A stretch of 42,072 bases of DNA from an uncultured Clostridia bacterium (GCA_947624885.1 CANQMD010000003.1:1-42072); one strand, 5' to 3'; shown: positions 1-9,655, counted from the first letter of the stretch. Notes: generated by a model not told the origin, from the sequence alone. Program-made: numbers and translations.

Positions 1-341
1 GGCTCGACGCCGCCCTTTGCGCAGAACACCGCGACGGCTCCGTCAAGCACTCTGAGGCTTCGCTCCACCTCCACCGTGAAATCCACGTGACCGGGGGTGT
101 CGATGATGTTGATCTGATGCCCTTTCCATATCGCAGTGGTCGCCGCGGATGTGATGGTGATGCCTCTTTCGCGCTCTTGCTCCATGTAGTCCATTGTGGC
201 GGATCCGTCATGGGTTTCTCCGAGCTTATGGTTGACTCCCGTGTAGTAAAGTATTCGCTCGGTGGTGGTGGTTTTACCGGCGTCGATGTGTGCCATGATG
301 CCGATATTGCGCACCTTGTCAAGAGCATATTTTCTTGCCAT
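1..341 (-). CDS. fusA: Elongation factor G, N-terminal part (runs off the left edge)
   Basis: Hand translation from ATG at 341: [35 protein letters not shown]...[11 protein letters not shown]...[27 protein letters not shown], which holds the EF-G GTPase motifs. It starts 3 nt after the rpsG stop; its SD (AGGTGG) lies in the last rpsG codons. Confidence 0.98.
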   Translation of the reverse strand, partial: MARKYALDKVRNIGIMAHIDAGKTTTTERILYYTGVNHKLGETHDGSATMDYMEQERERGITITSAATTAIWKGHQINIIDTPGHVDFTVEVERSLRVLDGAVAVFCAKGGVE

Positions 342-344
342 AGT

Positions 345-815
345 TTACCACCTATAGTGTGCAAACGCCTTGTTTGCCTCCGCAGCGCGGTGCATTTCGT
401 CCTTTCTTCTGACGGCGCCGCCTGTCAGATTGTATGCGTCCATGAGTTCGCCCGCAAGCCTTGCGTCCATGGTCTTTTCGCCTCTCTTCCTTGCAAACGA
501 CACAAGCCATCTGATGGCAAGGGTCTGTCTGCGTTCGGGACGAATTTCCATAGGAACTTGATAGGTCGAGCCACCCACGCGCCTTGCCTTGACTTCAAGC
601 ATGGGCATGGCGTTTTCGAGCGCTTTGTTGAAAATATCCATGGGGGCTTGCCCCAACTTTGCTGCCGCAATATCAAATGCCCCGTAAACGATCGCCTGTG
701 CCGTCCCCTTTTTGCCGTCAAGCATCACCTGATTGATGAGTTTGGTGACGACCTTGCTGTTGTAGACAGGATCGGGCAGGACATCTCTTTTGGGCACGTC
801 GCTTCTTCTTGGCAT
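345..815 (-). CDS. rpsG: 30S ribosomal protein S7
   Basis: MPRR...[11 protein letters not shown]...[15 protein letters not shown]...[16 protein letters not shown]; GGAGG SD; lies between rpsL and fusA. Confidence 0.99.
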   Translation of the reverse strand: MPRRSDVPKRDVLPDPVYNSKVVTKLINQVMLDGKKGTAQAIVYGAFDIAAAKLGQAPMDIFNKALENAMPMLEVKARRVGGSTYQVPMEIRPERRQTLAIRWLVSFARKRGEKTMDARLAGELMDAYNLTGGAVRRKDEMHRAAEANKAFAHYRW

Positions 816-855
816 AAATTACCTCCTATTTATGGTTTAAGATAACATTCGAAAA

Positions 856-1230
856 TTACTTTTTGGGACGCTTCGCGCCATACTTGGACCTTGCCTGCCC
901 GCGTTTTGCAACGCCTGCAGTGTCAAGAGCGCCACGTATGATGTGATAGCGCACGCCGGGTAGATCCTTGACTCTGCCGCCTCTGATGAGCACAACGCTG
1001 TGCTCCTGCAGATTGTGGCCTTCGCCGGGGATGTAAACAGTGCCCTCCATGCCGTTGACAAGGCGCACCCTCGCGATTTTACGAAGCGCCGAGTTTGGCT
1101 TTTTGGGGGAAGTTGTCGTGACGCTCAAGCATATGCCGCGCTTTTGCGGACATTGCTCCATGATAGGCGTAAGCGACTTTTTGACCTGTTTTTCTCTGCC
1201 CTTTCTGACAAGCTGATTGATGGTTGGCAT
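856..1230 (-). CDS. rpsL: 30S ribosomal protein S12
   Basis: [12 protein letters not shown]...[10 protein letters not shown]...[12 protein letters not shown]. Start reset to ATG 1230, which follows an AGGAGG SD. Confidence 0.99.
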   Translation of the reverse strand: MPTINQLVRKGREKQVKKSLTPIMEQCPQKRGICLSVTTTSPKKPNSALRKIARVRLVNGMEGTVYIPGEGHNLQEHSVVLIRGGRVKDLPGVRYHIIRGALDTAGVAKRGQARSKYGAKRPKK

Positions 1231-1284
1231 TTTGATTCCTCCTTCTGGATTTTCCGAACGTACCCGCAACCCTACAGGTGCAAT

Positions 1285-1557
1285 TCATATATCTGCCTCA
1301 ACGGATGTGAGCCCGACCGCCGCCGCGGCAACCTCAACGCCCGCCGCCTCGCCAAGTTTCTTTTTGGATGAAACGTAACTGACTGGCACACGGTGTTTGT
1401 TTGCCGCCGCGCAAAGCGACTTTTTCAAATCCGCATCGGCGTCGGAAGCGACTATCACACACCTGATCGTCCCCTCCGACAATCCCTTCAAAACCTGTTT
1501 GGATCCGACAACTTTTGAAGAGCCTTTTAGCATGTCGATAAGTTTTTCTTTGTCCAT
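1285..1557 (-). CDS. L7Ae/L30e-family RNA-binding protein (YbxF-like)
   Basis: VVGSKQVLK...VIVASDAD...SKKKLGEAAGVEVAAAAVG signature, in the usual Firmicute position before rpsL. Start uncertain (1557 or 1533). Confidence 0.92.
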   Translation of the reverse strand: MDKEKLIDMLKGSSKVVGSKQVLKGLSEGTIRCVIVASDADADLKKSLCAAANKHRVPVSYVSSKKKLGEAAGVEVAAAAVGLTSVEADI

Positions 1558-1601
1558 ATTTCCAAAGCTAAAAACTGCCTGCATATACTGCAAGCGTGAT
1601 T

Positions 1602-1631
1602 ATATTATCATCTAAACCCACCGCTTGTCAA
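1602..1631 (-). promoter_or_regulatory. Sigma-A-type promoter of the str operon
   Basis: Minus strand TTGACA (1631-1626), N18, TAATAT preceded by TGn; AT-rich UP-like tract upstream. Confidence 0.7.
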
Positions 1632-1719
1632 ACGAAAATCCAAAAATAATAATAAAATATTTTTAAAAATTATTCTATTATATATATTGTGGAAGTGATA
1701 TGTAAAAAACCACAAAATA

Positions 1720-1754
1720 TAGGGCGGCTTGCTTTGCGAAAGCAAGCCGCCCTA
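1720..1754 (-). terminator. Intrinsic terminator after the acidic-protein gene
   Basis: Perfect 16-bp inverted repeat TAGGGCGGCTTGCTTT-gcg-AAAGCAAGCCGCCCTA, followed on minus by TATTTTGTGGTTTTTT. Confidence 0.85.
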
Positions 1755-1767
1755 GGAGAATGATGCA

Positions 1768-2655
1768 TCAAAGGTCGTCCGCGTCCTGAACGGGGGTGAC
1801 GTCCTGCTTGATTTCGGCTTGATCCATTGTCAACTCGCCGTCGGGTACGGAGGGATAGCCGTTTGTCGCGGCGGGCATGCCTACGTCGCCGAGAGCGTAG
1901 AAATCCGTGGCGATCTCAACGTCATGTGAGGGCGCGGGGATCTCCTCCACGGGCTTTTTCCACTCGCCGCTTTCGTACTTTGACGGATCGAACTCGATGT
2001 CGTTTTTGTAGATGTCGTCGCCGCTTTCCACGTCGTCCGACTTGTGCGAAATGTCATGCTCGGAATTTGAAGAATAAGCCTGCGACGCGTTGTCGTATTT
2101 GCCACAGTCGCAATCATATTCGTCGTCGGAGCAGGATATGTCCTTGCCCGCCTCGACGTCCATTGCTTCGTCGCCGTCGTAAACGTCGTCGCGGGAGGGA
2201 GCAAGATGGGAGATCTCGCGCTTTTCGCGCTCGCCGTTTTCGCCCTGCACGCGAGGGGTGTAGATGTCGCCGCCCGCTTCCGCCATGTTGTTGCCGTTCA
2301 TGCCGTCGGGATAGTCGTGACTTTGCATATCGCGCGTGTTTTGGGAATAGCTGTCGCCGTCTGTGGGCGCGACTTCGCCCTCCAGCGGATACTCCCTGCC
2401 CGCTTCAACGTCGTCATTGGAAAACTCGCGCTCGAAGTCGGGAGTTTCATGCGTCGGCACAAAGCCGAAAACGTCGCTGCCGCTTTCCGTATCGCGGCTG
2501 CCCTCGTCTTTAGGAGCGGAATAGTCCGAAGTTTTGTCCCAACCGTCGGGAGTGCCCGTCCAACTGCCGTTGGGGTCGTAGTGGGATCGCATGTTTTCAT
2601 GTTTGGTGAGATTGCTGTGCGCAAGCGGCGCTCTGTTTTTGTTTTTGAATTTCAT
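1768..2655 (-). CDS. Very acidic, probably disordered hypothetical protein with DPNGSWTGTP and terminal PVQDADDL motifs
   Basis: 295-aa ORF with an AAGGAG SD, host-like codon use, D/E-rich composition and a downstream terminator. Confidence 0.85.
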   Translation of the reverse strand: MKFKNKNRAPLAHSNLTKHENMRSHYDPNGSWTGTPDGWDKTSDYSAPKDEGSRDTESGSDVFGFVPTHETPDFEREFSNDDVEAGREYPLEGEVAPTDGDSYSQNTRDMQSHDYPDGMNGNNMAEAGGDIYTPRVQGENGEREKREISHLAPSRDDVYDGDEAMDVEAGKDISCSDDEYDCDCGKYDNASQAYSSNSEHDISHKSDDVESGDDIYKNDIEFDPSKYESGEWKKPVEEIPAPSHDVEIATDFYALGDVGMPAATNGYPSVPDGELTMDQAEIKQDVTPVQDADDL

Positions 2656-2693
2656 ATTTTCTCCTTTTTTGGCGCATAACGCGCCTTTTTTGA

Positions 2694-2722
2694 TAGTGTG
2701 TGCGCAAAGACAAGTTTTATCT
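2694..2722 (-). promoter_or_regulatory. Possible sporulation sigma (SigG/SigE-like) promoter
   Basis: Minus strand AGATA-N17-CACACTA, about 40 nt upstream of the ATG at 2655; resembles GNATA-N17/18-CATACTA. Confidence 0.4.
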
Positions 2723-2949
2723 CATCAAAATTTTGACATCGCCGCCTCCGCGCCGCGCACCGCCGATAACAATGAAAAAGCAATTTAATCATACATGGAT
2801 TTTGATATGTGTATCGTTGCGAAAATCTGTGCGGTTTTTTGCACAAAAGTTTGCCGCGCATAAAGAAACTTTAATGAAAAAATTTGCGCAAATGTATAGA
2901 AAATGAAACATATGTATGATAAAATGTATATGTCAAAAAGGACGGGACT

Positions 2950-3582
2950 ATGCGACAGAAAGATGTGGACAAGAGAATCGTGAGGACCAAGAGCGCCATA
3001 CGAAAGGCGTTCAACGAACTCGTGCAAAAAAAGGACATCTCCGCGATCACGGTGAGCGAACTTGTGGAAGCTGCGTCGATCACGCGCAGCACCTTTTATA
3101 TGTACTACGGCTCGGTGCTGGAAGTTCGCAACGATATTGAGCGGGAAATAATGCAAAACCTTGAAAAAATCATGTGCGAAAACGATTGGTTGCGCTTTAT
3201 GGTGGACCCCTACCCCCTGCTGGACAGAATTTGCAAAGAGATAATCAAATATGACGAATACAACCGCTATATCCTGCTGAAAGGCAGCTCGTCGCACCTG
3301 TTCGAGTTGCTGAACAAGCGCGTGATCGCCGAGTTTTTGGACTTCGTGAAGCGCAACGATGTGGATATCGACGCGGCAAGGGCAAAATACATAGCGGCGT
3401 TTATCGCGGCGGGCATCGAGGAGTGCTTTACGCTTTGGTACAACCACCAAAGCACGCTTACGCTTGAGGAACTGTGCATGAGGATGTCCGAACTGATAAA
3501 GGCGGGGCTTGCGACCATCCGCGCGTTGGACGGCAAACCCATCCAAATCGGGCAGGATCCGTCAACGCAACAATCCGATTGA
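2950..3582 (+). CDS. TetR/AcrR-family transcriptional regulator
   Basis: DKRIVRTKSAIRKAFNELVQKKDISAITVSELVEAASITRSTFYMYY is a TetR HTH. Confidence 0.95.
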   Translation: MRQKDVDKRIVRTKSAIRKAFNELVQKKDISAITVSELVEAASITRSTFYMYYGSVLEVRNDIEREIMQNLEKIMCENDWLRFMVDPYPLLDRICKEIIKYDEYNRYILLKGSSSHLFELLNKRVIAEFLDFVKRNDVDIDAARAKYIAAFIAAGIEECFTLWYNHQSTLTLEELCMRMSELIKAGLATIRALDGKPIQIGQDPSTQQSD

Positions 3583-3655
3583 GGTCGGATCTCGTATCAT
3601 CAAAATCTCGTTGCCGTCGCGCAACTCAAGATAAATTTTTTTTGACAGGTGGGCT

Positions 3656-6600
3656 ATGCTCAGACTTTGCAACATCATCAAAAACTACCCTACAGCCACA
3701 ACGACCGTGCAAGCGTTGCGCGGCGTTTCGCTTGCTTTTCGCGAGGCTGAATTTGTGGCGATCCTTGGCCCCAGCGGCTGCGGAAAAACCACGATGCTCA
3801 ACATCATCGGCGGACTTGATCGCTACACTTCGGGCGACCTTGTCATAGGCGGCGTTTCCACCGCGGCGTTTGACGACCTGCACTGGGACGCTTACCGCAA
3901 CGCCACGATCGGCTTTGTGTTTCAAAGTTACAACCTCATCCCCCACCTCACCGTCATGGAAAACGTCGAACTTGCGCTGTCGCTTGTCGGCGAAAAGAAA
4001 AAGACGCGTCGCGCCAAAGTTGTCACCGCGCTGCACAGAGTGGGTATGGGCGACGAGATCAACAAACGCCCCAATCAGCTGAGCGGCGGACAGATGCAGC
4101 GAGTCGCCATTGCCCGCGCGATCGTCAACGACCCCAAGATCATTTTGGCGGACGAGCCTACGGGCGCGTTGGACAGCGAACTGTCGGTGCAGGTCATGGA
4201 CATCTTGAAAGAGATCTCAAAGACCCGCCTTGTCATTATGGTCACGCACAATGCTGAACTTGCCTACCAATACTGCTCGCGCATATGCCGCTTCAAGGAC
4301 GGCTCGCTCATCGAGGACACCAATCCTTACGACCCCGAAGAGGAGGCGCTTGAAAACGGTTTTGACGTGCTGGGGCTGCATGCGGCAACGGGCGACAAGC
4401 CTTTGCAGGAGGGCGAAAATGCGCCGGAAAACAACGCTGAAACGGAAGGCGACGCTCCTGAAGATATTGTCACAACCGACACTTTATCATTGCAAGATGA
4501 ACAGATAAACCCCGAAAACGGCGAATTGCCGCAACAGATCGTCGACAGCGGTCCGGAGCGGGACAGCATAGATCAGGACTCGCTTTTTGAAAGAGAAGAT
4601 CAACTTGAAGCGGGGCAAGATCCCTCCGCGGTTTTGTCGCAGGAGCCGCAGCAAATCGGTGAAAACGAACAACTTCCTCCCGTGCCTACGGTGGACGAAG
4701 AGGCGGACGACATAGACTACAAAAACCTGTTTAAGCGCACGCCTATCGCCGTCAAGCGCAAAAATCTTTCAAACCGCAAACGCAAAAAGCAGATGAAGCG
4801 CAACCGCTCCGCGGCAGACCCGATCCTGAACAGGTTGGGCATCAACTCGCTGAACAAGCGCAAGCGCAAACAGAAAAAACAAATGAAAAAGGAAAAGACT
4901 TTCAAGCCGACTTCGATGAGCGCGGGGATGGCGTTCGGCTTGAGTTTGCGAAACCTCATCGCAAAGCGCAGGCGCACGTTCTTCACGGCGTTTGCGGGCA
5001 GCATAGGCATCATAGGGCTTGGGCTTGTGCTGGCGATCTCAAACGGTTTCAGCGTGTTTGTGGACAATATGCAGACCGAGATGCTTGCGGGCGTGCCCGT
5101 GGGCGTGTACGAATACAACGTGCAGGTGTCCGTGCTTGACAACATCGTTGCGACAATGACCGCCCCGCCCTCCGACGAGGAGGCTTTCCCCGATTCGGAC
5201 AAAGTGGAGGTGAACAACTCCACCACATCCAGCGCGGAGTCGATCATGACCGTTTTGGATTCGTTTTTCAAATCCGTGACGCGCAACGAGTTGTCCAACG
5301 AATTTATGCAATACATGATGTCCTACAACAAGGGCTACGGCGCGATGAACGTGTTTTACGGCACGCGATTCAACCTGATCTCAAGATACTACGACATCAA
5401 CGATCACCAAGTGAAATATCTTGACGCGTCGCAGTCGCCCGCGGATATATCCGCAATGTCGATAGCCATGACCGTGCTTGGCGACAACGGCTTGCAACCC
5501 AAATATTGGCAGCAGCTGGTTGGCGACGAGGATTATATGACGGAACAGTACGACGTGCTTGCGGGCAAATATCCCACCGCGCCCAATCAGCTTGTGCTGT
5601 GCGTCAACGAGCACAATCAGATCAACAAGGGCTTGCTGGACGCGTTTGGCATAAAGTTGCTGAAATACGACACCGACAAACTCACCGTAGAGGAACTCAA
5701 ACCCGACGAAATCACCTTTGACGCCTTCATCGGCAAGCATTTACGCCTTGTTTTCAACAACGACTACTACGAGCGCGAAGAGGAGGAAGTGGAAGGCAAG
5801 CTGTTCTTCAAAAATCCCGGCTACCAAAACGGCACGGATCTGAGGTGGGCGTATACGGATCAGGACAAACTTCAGCAGATCTTTGAAGCGACCGATCCCG
5901 AAAAGGGAGGCAACGGCGTCGACCTTGAGATCACCGGCGTGATACGTCCCAAAAAGAACGCGCAGGCGGCATATATCTCGACGGGCGCGCTGTGCTACAC
6001 TCCCGAACTTGGCAAACTCGTCGCGGAAAACGCCTACAACAGCGAGATAGCAAAATTCCAGCGCGAACTGAAAGAGGCGGGCGACATCTTCTATCCCCCG
6101 GAATATGACAACACCTACGGGTGCACGGCGTTTGACTATCAGGACAGGCGCGAGGACGTGGACATCGCGAGCACGTCGATCATGGACGTGATCAGCAACT
6201 CCCTCAGCCTCACCTCCTACGAGGAGGCGATCGGCGCGGTCAACAAGCCGTCCTACATCGCGGTGTATCCCAGGACTTATCAACAAAAGCAGGACATCTG
6301 CGAGCATATTCAAAAGTGGAACAAAATGCATTCCACGGAATCCGGAGCCGACTCGGTGGGATACTTTGACGTGTCCGAAATGGTGGTGCACAGCCTGAAT
6401 ATGGTGATCAATCTGGTGTCGATACTGCTCATCGCGGTCGCGTCGATCTCGCTTGTGGTGTCGACGGTCATGATAGGCGTGATCACCTCCAACTCCGTCA
6501 TAGAGCGCACCAGGGAGATCGGTATTTTGCGCGCGTTGGGCGCACGAAAACGCGATATCCGCAACGTCTTTGTCGCCGAAACGTCGTTGATAGGCTTGGC

Positions 6601-6817
6601 GGCGGGCGTGCTGGGCATCGTGATCACATATATCCTGTCGCCGATCATCAGCCTGATCGTGGGCGCGTTGACGGACGTGCCGAATCTGTTGCACTTCCAC
6701 CCGTTGCACGCCTTCCTGCTGGTGGCGCTGAGTCTGGTGCTGACAGTGCTGAGCGGCATACTGCCCGCGATCACAGCTTCGAGAAAGAACGTTGTGGACG
6801 CGCTGAGAGTGGACTGA
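3656..6817 (+). CDS. Fused ABC ATPase/FtsX-MacB-type permease
   Basis: Walker A GPSGCGKT, signature LSGGQ, Walker B ILADEPTG, H-loop VTH; one TM, a large extracellular loop, then ERTREIGILRALGA and three C-terminal TMs. Confidence 0.96.
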   Translation: MLRLCNIIKNYPTATTTVQALRGVSLAFREAEFVAILGPSGCGKTTMLNIIGGLDRYTSGDLVIGGVSTAAFDDLHWDAYRNATIGFVFQSYNLIPHLTVMENVELALSLVGEKKKTRRAKVVTALHRVGMGDEINKRPNQLSGGQMQRVAIARAIVNDPKIILADEPTGALDSELSVQVMDILKEISKTRLVIMVTHNAELAYQYCSRICRFKDGSLIEDTNPYDPEEEALENGFDVLGLHAATGDKPLQEGENAPENNAETEGDAPEDIVTTDTLSLQDEQINPENGELPQQIVDSGPERDSIDQDSLFEREDQLEAGQDPSAVLSQEPQQIGENEQLPPVPTVDEEADDIDYKNLFKRTPIAVKRKNLSNRKRKKQMKRNRSAADPILNRLGINSLNKRKRKQKKQMKKEKTFKPTSMSAGMAFGLSLRNLIAKRRRTFFTAFAGSIGIIGLGLVLAISNGFSVFVDNMQTEMLAGVPVGVYEYNVQVSVLDNIVATMTAPPSDEEAFPDSDKVEVNNSTTSSAESIMTVLDSFFKSVTRNELSNEFMQYMMSYNKGYGAMNVFYGTRFNLISRYYDINDHQVKYLDASQSPADISAMSIAMTVLGDNGLQPKYWQQLVGDEDYMTEQYDVLAGKYPTAPNQLVLCVNEHNQINKGLLDAFGIKLLKYDTDKLTVEELKPDEITFDAFIGKHLRLVFNNDYYEREEEEVEGKLFFKNPGYQNGTDLRWAYTDQDKLQQIFEATDPEKGGNGVDLEITGVIRPKKNAQAAYISTGALCYTPELGKLVAENAYNSEIAKFQRELKEAGDIFYPPEYDNTYGCTAFDYQDRREDVDIASTSIMDVISNSLSLTSYEEAIGAVNKPSYIAVYPRTYQQKQDICEHIQKWNKMHSTESGADSVGYFDVSEMVVHSLNMVINLVSILLIAVASISLVVSTVMIGVITSNSVIERTREIGILRALGARKRDIRNVFVAETSLIGLAAGVLGIVITYILSPIISLIVGALTDVPNLLHFHPLHAFLLVALSLVLTVLSGILPAITASRKNVVDALRVD

Positions 6818-6836
6818 ACGCACAATTTGCATTTGG

Positions 6837-6866
6837 TGCGTGCGGCAGATCGCCGCACGCATTTTT
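6837..6866 (+). terminator. Intrinsic terminator after the ABC gene
   Basis: TGCGTGCGGC-agatc-GCCGCACGCA followed by TTTTT. Confidence 0.85.
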
Positions 6867-6977
6867 GTCCCCTGCCCCGCTAGAAACTCTATATATTTTT
6901 CAAACGCCCTGCACAAATCAAAAATATTGGGTTAAAACGCAAAATTTTTGCGGGATAAACGCAAAAAATGCAATAAG

Positions 6978-7006
6978 TTGACAATTGTTTGAACGCGTAC
7001 TATAAT
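6978..7006 (+). promoter_or_regulatory. Consensus sigma-A promoter for the 7052/lemA operon
   Basis: TTGACA-N17-TATAAT, perfect match. Confidence 0.9.
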
Positions 7007-7051
7007 AGAACATTATAAAAGACGGCGCTCGCCGCCGAGCGATGAGATACG

Positions 7052-8869
7052 ATGAACGACGAATTGCTTGAGCCTTTGAAGGCGTACAAATCAAAATTGG
7101 AAAAGGAATTTGCGGACAACGCCGCCGCGATGTTCCAAGAAATGGTGGAGCGATCCAAGATCGACGTTGCGCAAAACCGCGCTACCGCCAAGGCGTACCG
7201 AGGCGAGATCGCCATTGCGGAAAAGATCGCGGCAAAACTTTCGGCGCACAAAAGTTTGCGCGGCTTTTTGATATTTTTGACGGTGGCGGGATTTTTGACG
7301 GCGGCAGTGGGCATATATCTGTTGGTGCAGGCGATCTACCTTGCGGGCGGGCTGTGTCTGGGGCTTGGCGCGGGAGTCGGCGCGGCGATGCTGGGAGTGA
7401 TTTTTGGAGTGCTGAACGGCAAGATCAAAAACTTTGAACAGCAGCGGCAAAAACACCTTGACAGATCCAAAAAATTGCTGGAGGAGTGCAACCGTCAGAT
7501 GGCGGCGCTGAACAGCCTGTTTGACTCGAATATGACCAAAAAGCTGATCGAAAAGACGGTGCCGCTGTTGAAGATCGACGACAATTTCAGCATGCGCCGT
7601 TACGACTATTTGAGCGGCAAGTACGGCTTCCCCATCGACGCGCCCAACAACCGCTCGACGATAGGCATTTTGACGGGCGAGATATTGGGCAATCCGTTTG
7701 TGGTGGATCGCGAACTTGTGTCGTTTATGGGGTCGGAAACGTATTGGGGACATCTGGTGATCACCTGGACCACCACCTACACGGACTCCGAGGGGAATGT
7801 GCACACGCAGACTCACACGCAAACTCTGACCGCGTCTGTCACAAAGCCTATGCCGCGATTCAAGCAGGAAACGCGCCTCATTTACGGCAACGAGGCAGCC
7901 CCCGACCTCAGCTTTACGCACGAGCCTTCGCACGCCGAGGATATGAGCGAAAATCAGCTGGAACGCCACGTGAAGCGCGGCTCCAAAAAGATACGCAAAA
8001 AACAGGATAAAGCGCTCAAAAAAGGCACGTCCAACTTCACGGGCATGGGAAACGAGGAGTTTGACGTGCTGTTTGGCGCGTTGGACCGCAACAACGAAGT
8101 GCAATTCCGCCTGCTGTTCACCCCGTTGGCGCAACAAAATATGCTTGCGCTGATGAAGGACGACTACGGCTTTGGCGACGACTTCCACTTTGCAAAGCGC
8201 GGCTGTTTGAATTATGTCAGTTCGGAACACTCCGCGCAGTGGGACATGGACACGGACTACACCAAATTTTACTCATACGACGCGGACATTTCAAGAAGCA
8301 AGTTTATGGAGTTCAACAAGCAGTACTTCAAGTCGCTGTTTTTTGACCTTGCGCCGCTGTTGTCCATCCCGCTGTATCAGCAGATGAAGCCGCATGAGTA
8401 TATCTACAAGGACAGCTACGGGCGCAACTACACCGCTTACGAGGCGGAGTTTATGGCGAATGCAATGGGACGATCTGCGTTTGCGCCCGCCGCCGCAAAG
8501 ACCGACAGCATCCTCAAATCCGCGATCATCTCAAAAGACGGACAGTCGGACAGCCTTGAGATCACAGCGTACTCCTACCGCACGGAGCCGAGAGTGGACT
8601 TTGTGCCCGTGTTTGGCGGCGACGGCATGATGCACAACGTTCCCGTCCCGTGGGACGAATATATCCCCATTCAAAAGAGTTCCACCGTCAAGCTGAAGGA
8701 GTTGGGACTGACGGGGCGCGAGTTTGCGGGCAAGCTGTCCTCCACCCCGCTGAAGGACGCGCTGGATCGCTATGGCAAAGCCACATATGCACACGGCTTG
8801 CTGTGCTGTATGGTCGCCGCCGCAGACGGCAACTTTGACGAAGAAATCAACAAATTTTTAAACAAATAA
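7052..8869 (+). CDS. Two-TM, coiled-coil membrane protein partnered with LemA (resembles the Mycoplasma MAG1210-type family, from memory)
   Basis: 605-aa ORF; TM hairpin at about aa 70-121 flanked by helical segments; GEILGNPF and GHLVITWTTTY motifs; 18 nt before lemA. The family name is a recollection only. Confidence 0.7.
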   Translation: MNDELLEPLKAYKSKLEKEFADNAAAMFQEMVERSKIDVAQNRATAKAYRGEIAIAEKIAAKLSAHKSLRGFLIFLTVAGFLTAAVGIYLLVQAIYLAGGLCLGLGAGVGAAMLGVIFGVLNGKIKNFEQQRQKHLDRSKKLLEECNRQMAALNSLFDSNMTKKLIEKTVPLLKIDDNFSMRRYDYLSGKYGFPIDAPNNRSTIGILTGEILGNPFVVDRELVSFMGSETYWGHLVITWTTTYTDSEGNVHTQTHTQTLTASVTKPMPRFKQETRLIYGNEAAPDLSFTHEPSHAEDMSENQLERHVKRGSKKIRKKQDKALKKGTSNFTGMGNEEFDVLFGALDRNNEVQFRLLFTPLAQQNMLALMKDDYGFGDDFHFAKRGCLNYVSSEHSAQWDMDTDYTKFYSYDADISRSKFMEFNKQYFKSLFFDLAPLLSIPLYQQMKPHEYIYKDSYGRNYTAYEAEFMANAMGRSAFAPAAAKTDSILKSAIISKDGQSDSLEITAYSYRTEPRVDFVPVFGGDGMMHNVPVPWDEYIPIQKSSTVKLKELGLTGREFAGKLSSTPLKDALDRYGKATYAHGLLCCMVAAADGNFDEEINKFLNK

Positions 8870-8887
8870 ATCTTTTGGAGGTCTATT

Positions 8888-9562
8888 ATGGCAAACGAAT
8901 TGGATGAAATGAACGCCGTCACCCTCGACGAGGGCAACGACACAAAGGTCATCGCAAAACAACTCACCGTGACGATCGGGACGGGATCGAAAATTTTCGA
9001 CGTGATGTGGTGGTTTTTGCCTCCCGTGATCGGCGGCGTTGTGTGGAGCATAATCAAGCGGAAGGCAATAAACTACTTCCAGCAACTCCAGCAAAAGCTG
9101 CAACACGACGCGTCTGAGATCGACAACTATCTTGAACAGCGCGTGCAGATCCTCAAAAACTGCGCACGCCTTGTGGACAAAGCGATTGAACTTGATCAAT
9201 CCACGTTCACCAAGATCGCCGAGTTGCGCGCAGGCAAGTCGGGAGCGCAGGACGACGAGGCAAGAAACGCCGTCGCCGCTCAGCTTGAAACGATAAGCCG
9301 CAACGTCAACATCGCCTTTGAAAACTATCCCGAACTGAGAGCGCATCAGGAATTGGCGGACGCTATGCAACAAAACTCGTACCTGCAACGCGAAATCACC
9401 GCCGCAAGAACGCAGTACAACGACACGGTGGCAACATGGAACAAGGCGCTGTTCGAGTGGCCCGCAAAACAGATCGTCGCGGCAAAACAGGGCTACACAA
9501 CGCGCATCCCGTTCATCGCCGACGCGGAGACCAAGGAAGCCGCTCGCGAAACTTTCTTTTGA
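8888..9562 (+). CDS. lemA: LemA family protein
   Basis: N-terminal TM, IDNYLEQR, IAFENYPELRA, EITAARTQYNDTVATWN...FEWPAKQIVA; GGAGG SD. Confidence 0.93.
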   Translation: MANELDEMNAVTLDEGNDTKVIAKQLTVTIGTGSKIFDVMWWFLPPVIGGVVWSIIKRKAINYFQQLQQKLQHDASEIDNYLEQRVQILKNCARLVDKAIELDQSTFTKIAELRAGKSGAQDDEARNAVAAQLETISRNVNIAFENYPELRAHQELADAMQQNSYLQREITAARTQYNDTVATWNKALFEWPAKQIVAAKQGYTTRIPFIADAETKEAARETFF

Positions 9563-9601
9563 TCGAGCATAAATTTGATCGGAGAATAGATCGAGCATAA
9601 A
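9561..9601. repeat. 13-bp direct repeat pair
   Basis: GATCGAGCATAAA at 9561-9573 and 9589-9601. Confidence 0.8.
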
Positions 9602-9655
9602 ACGGCGGGCAAAATTTGCCCTGCTTTGGCGCCGAAAAAAATTCGACGCAAAAAC

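Noticed and set aside
87-845. 252-aa plus-strand ORF over fusA/rpsG
   Set aside because: Antisense shadow of conserved, highly biased genes.
856-1230. Streptomycin-resistance allele of rpsL
   Set aside because: The PKKPNS and RVKD lysines are wild type.
2908-2933. ACATAT...ATATGT inverted repeat as a TetR operator
   Set aside because: Only 6-bp arms in AT-rich DNA; not distinguishable from chance.
5741-8230. Minus-strand ORFs 5741-6916 and 7091-8230
   Set aside because: Antisense to well-supported genes, with no recognisable motifs.
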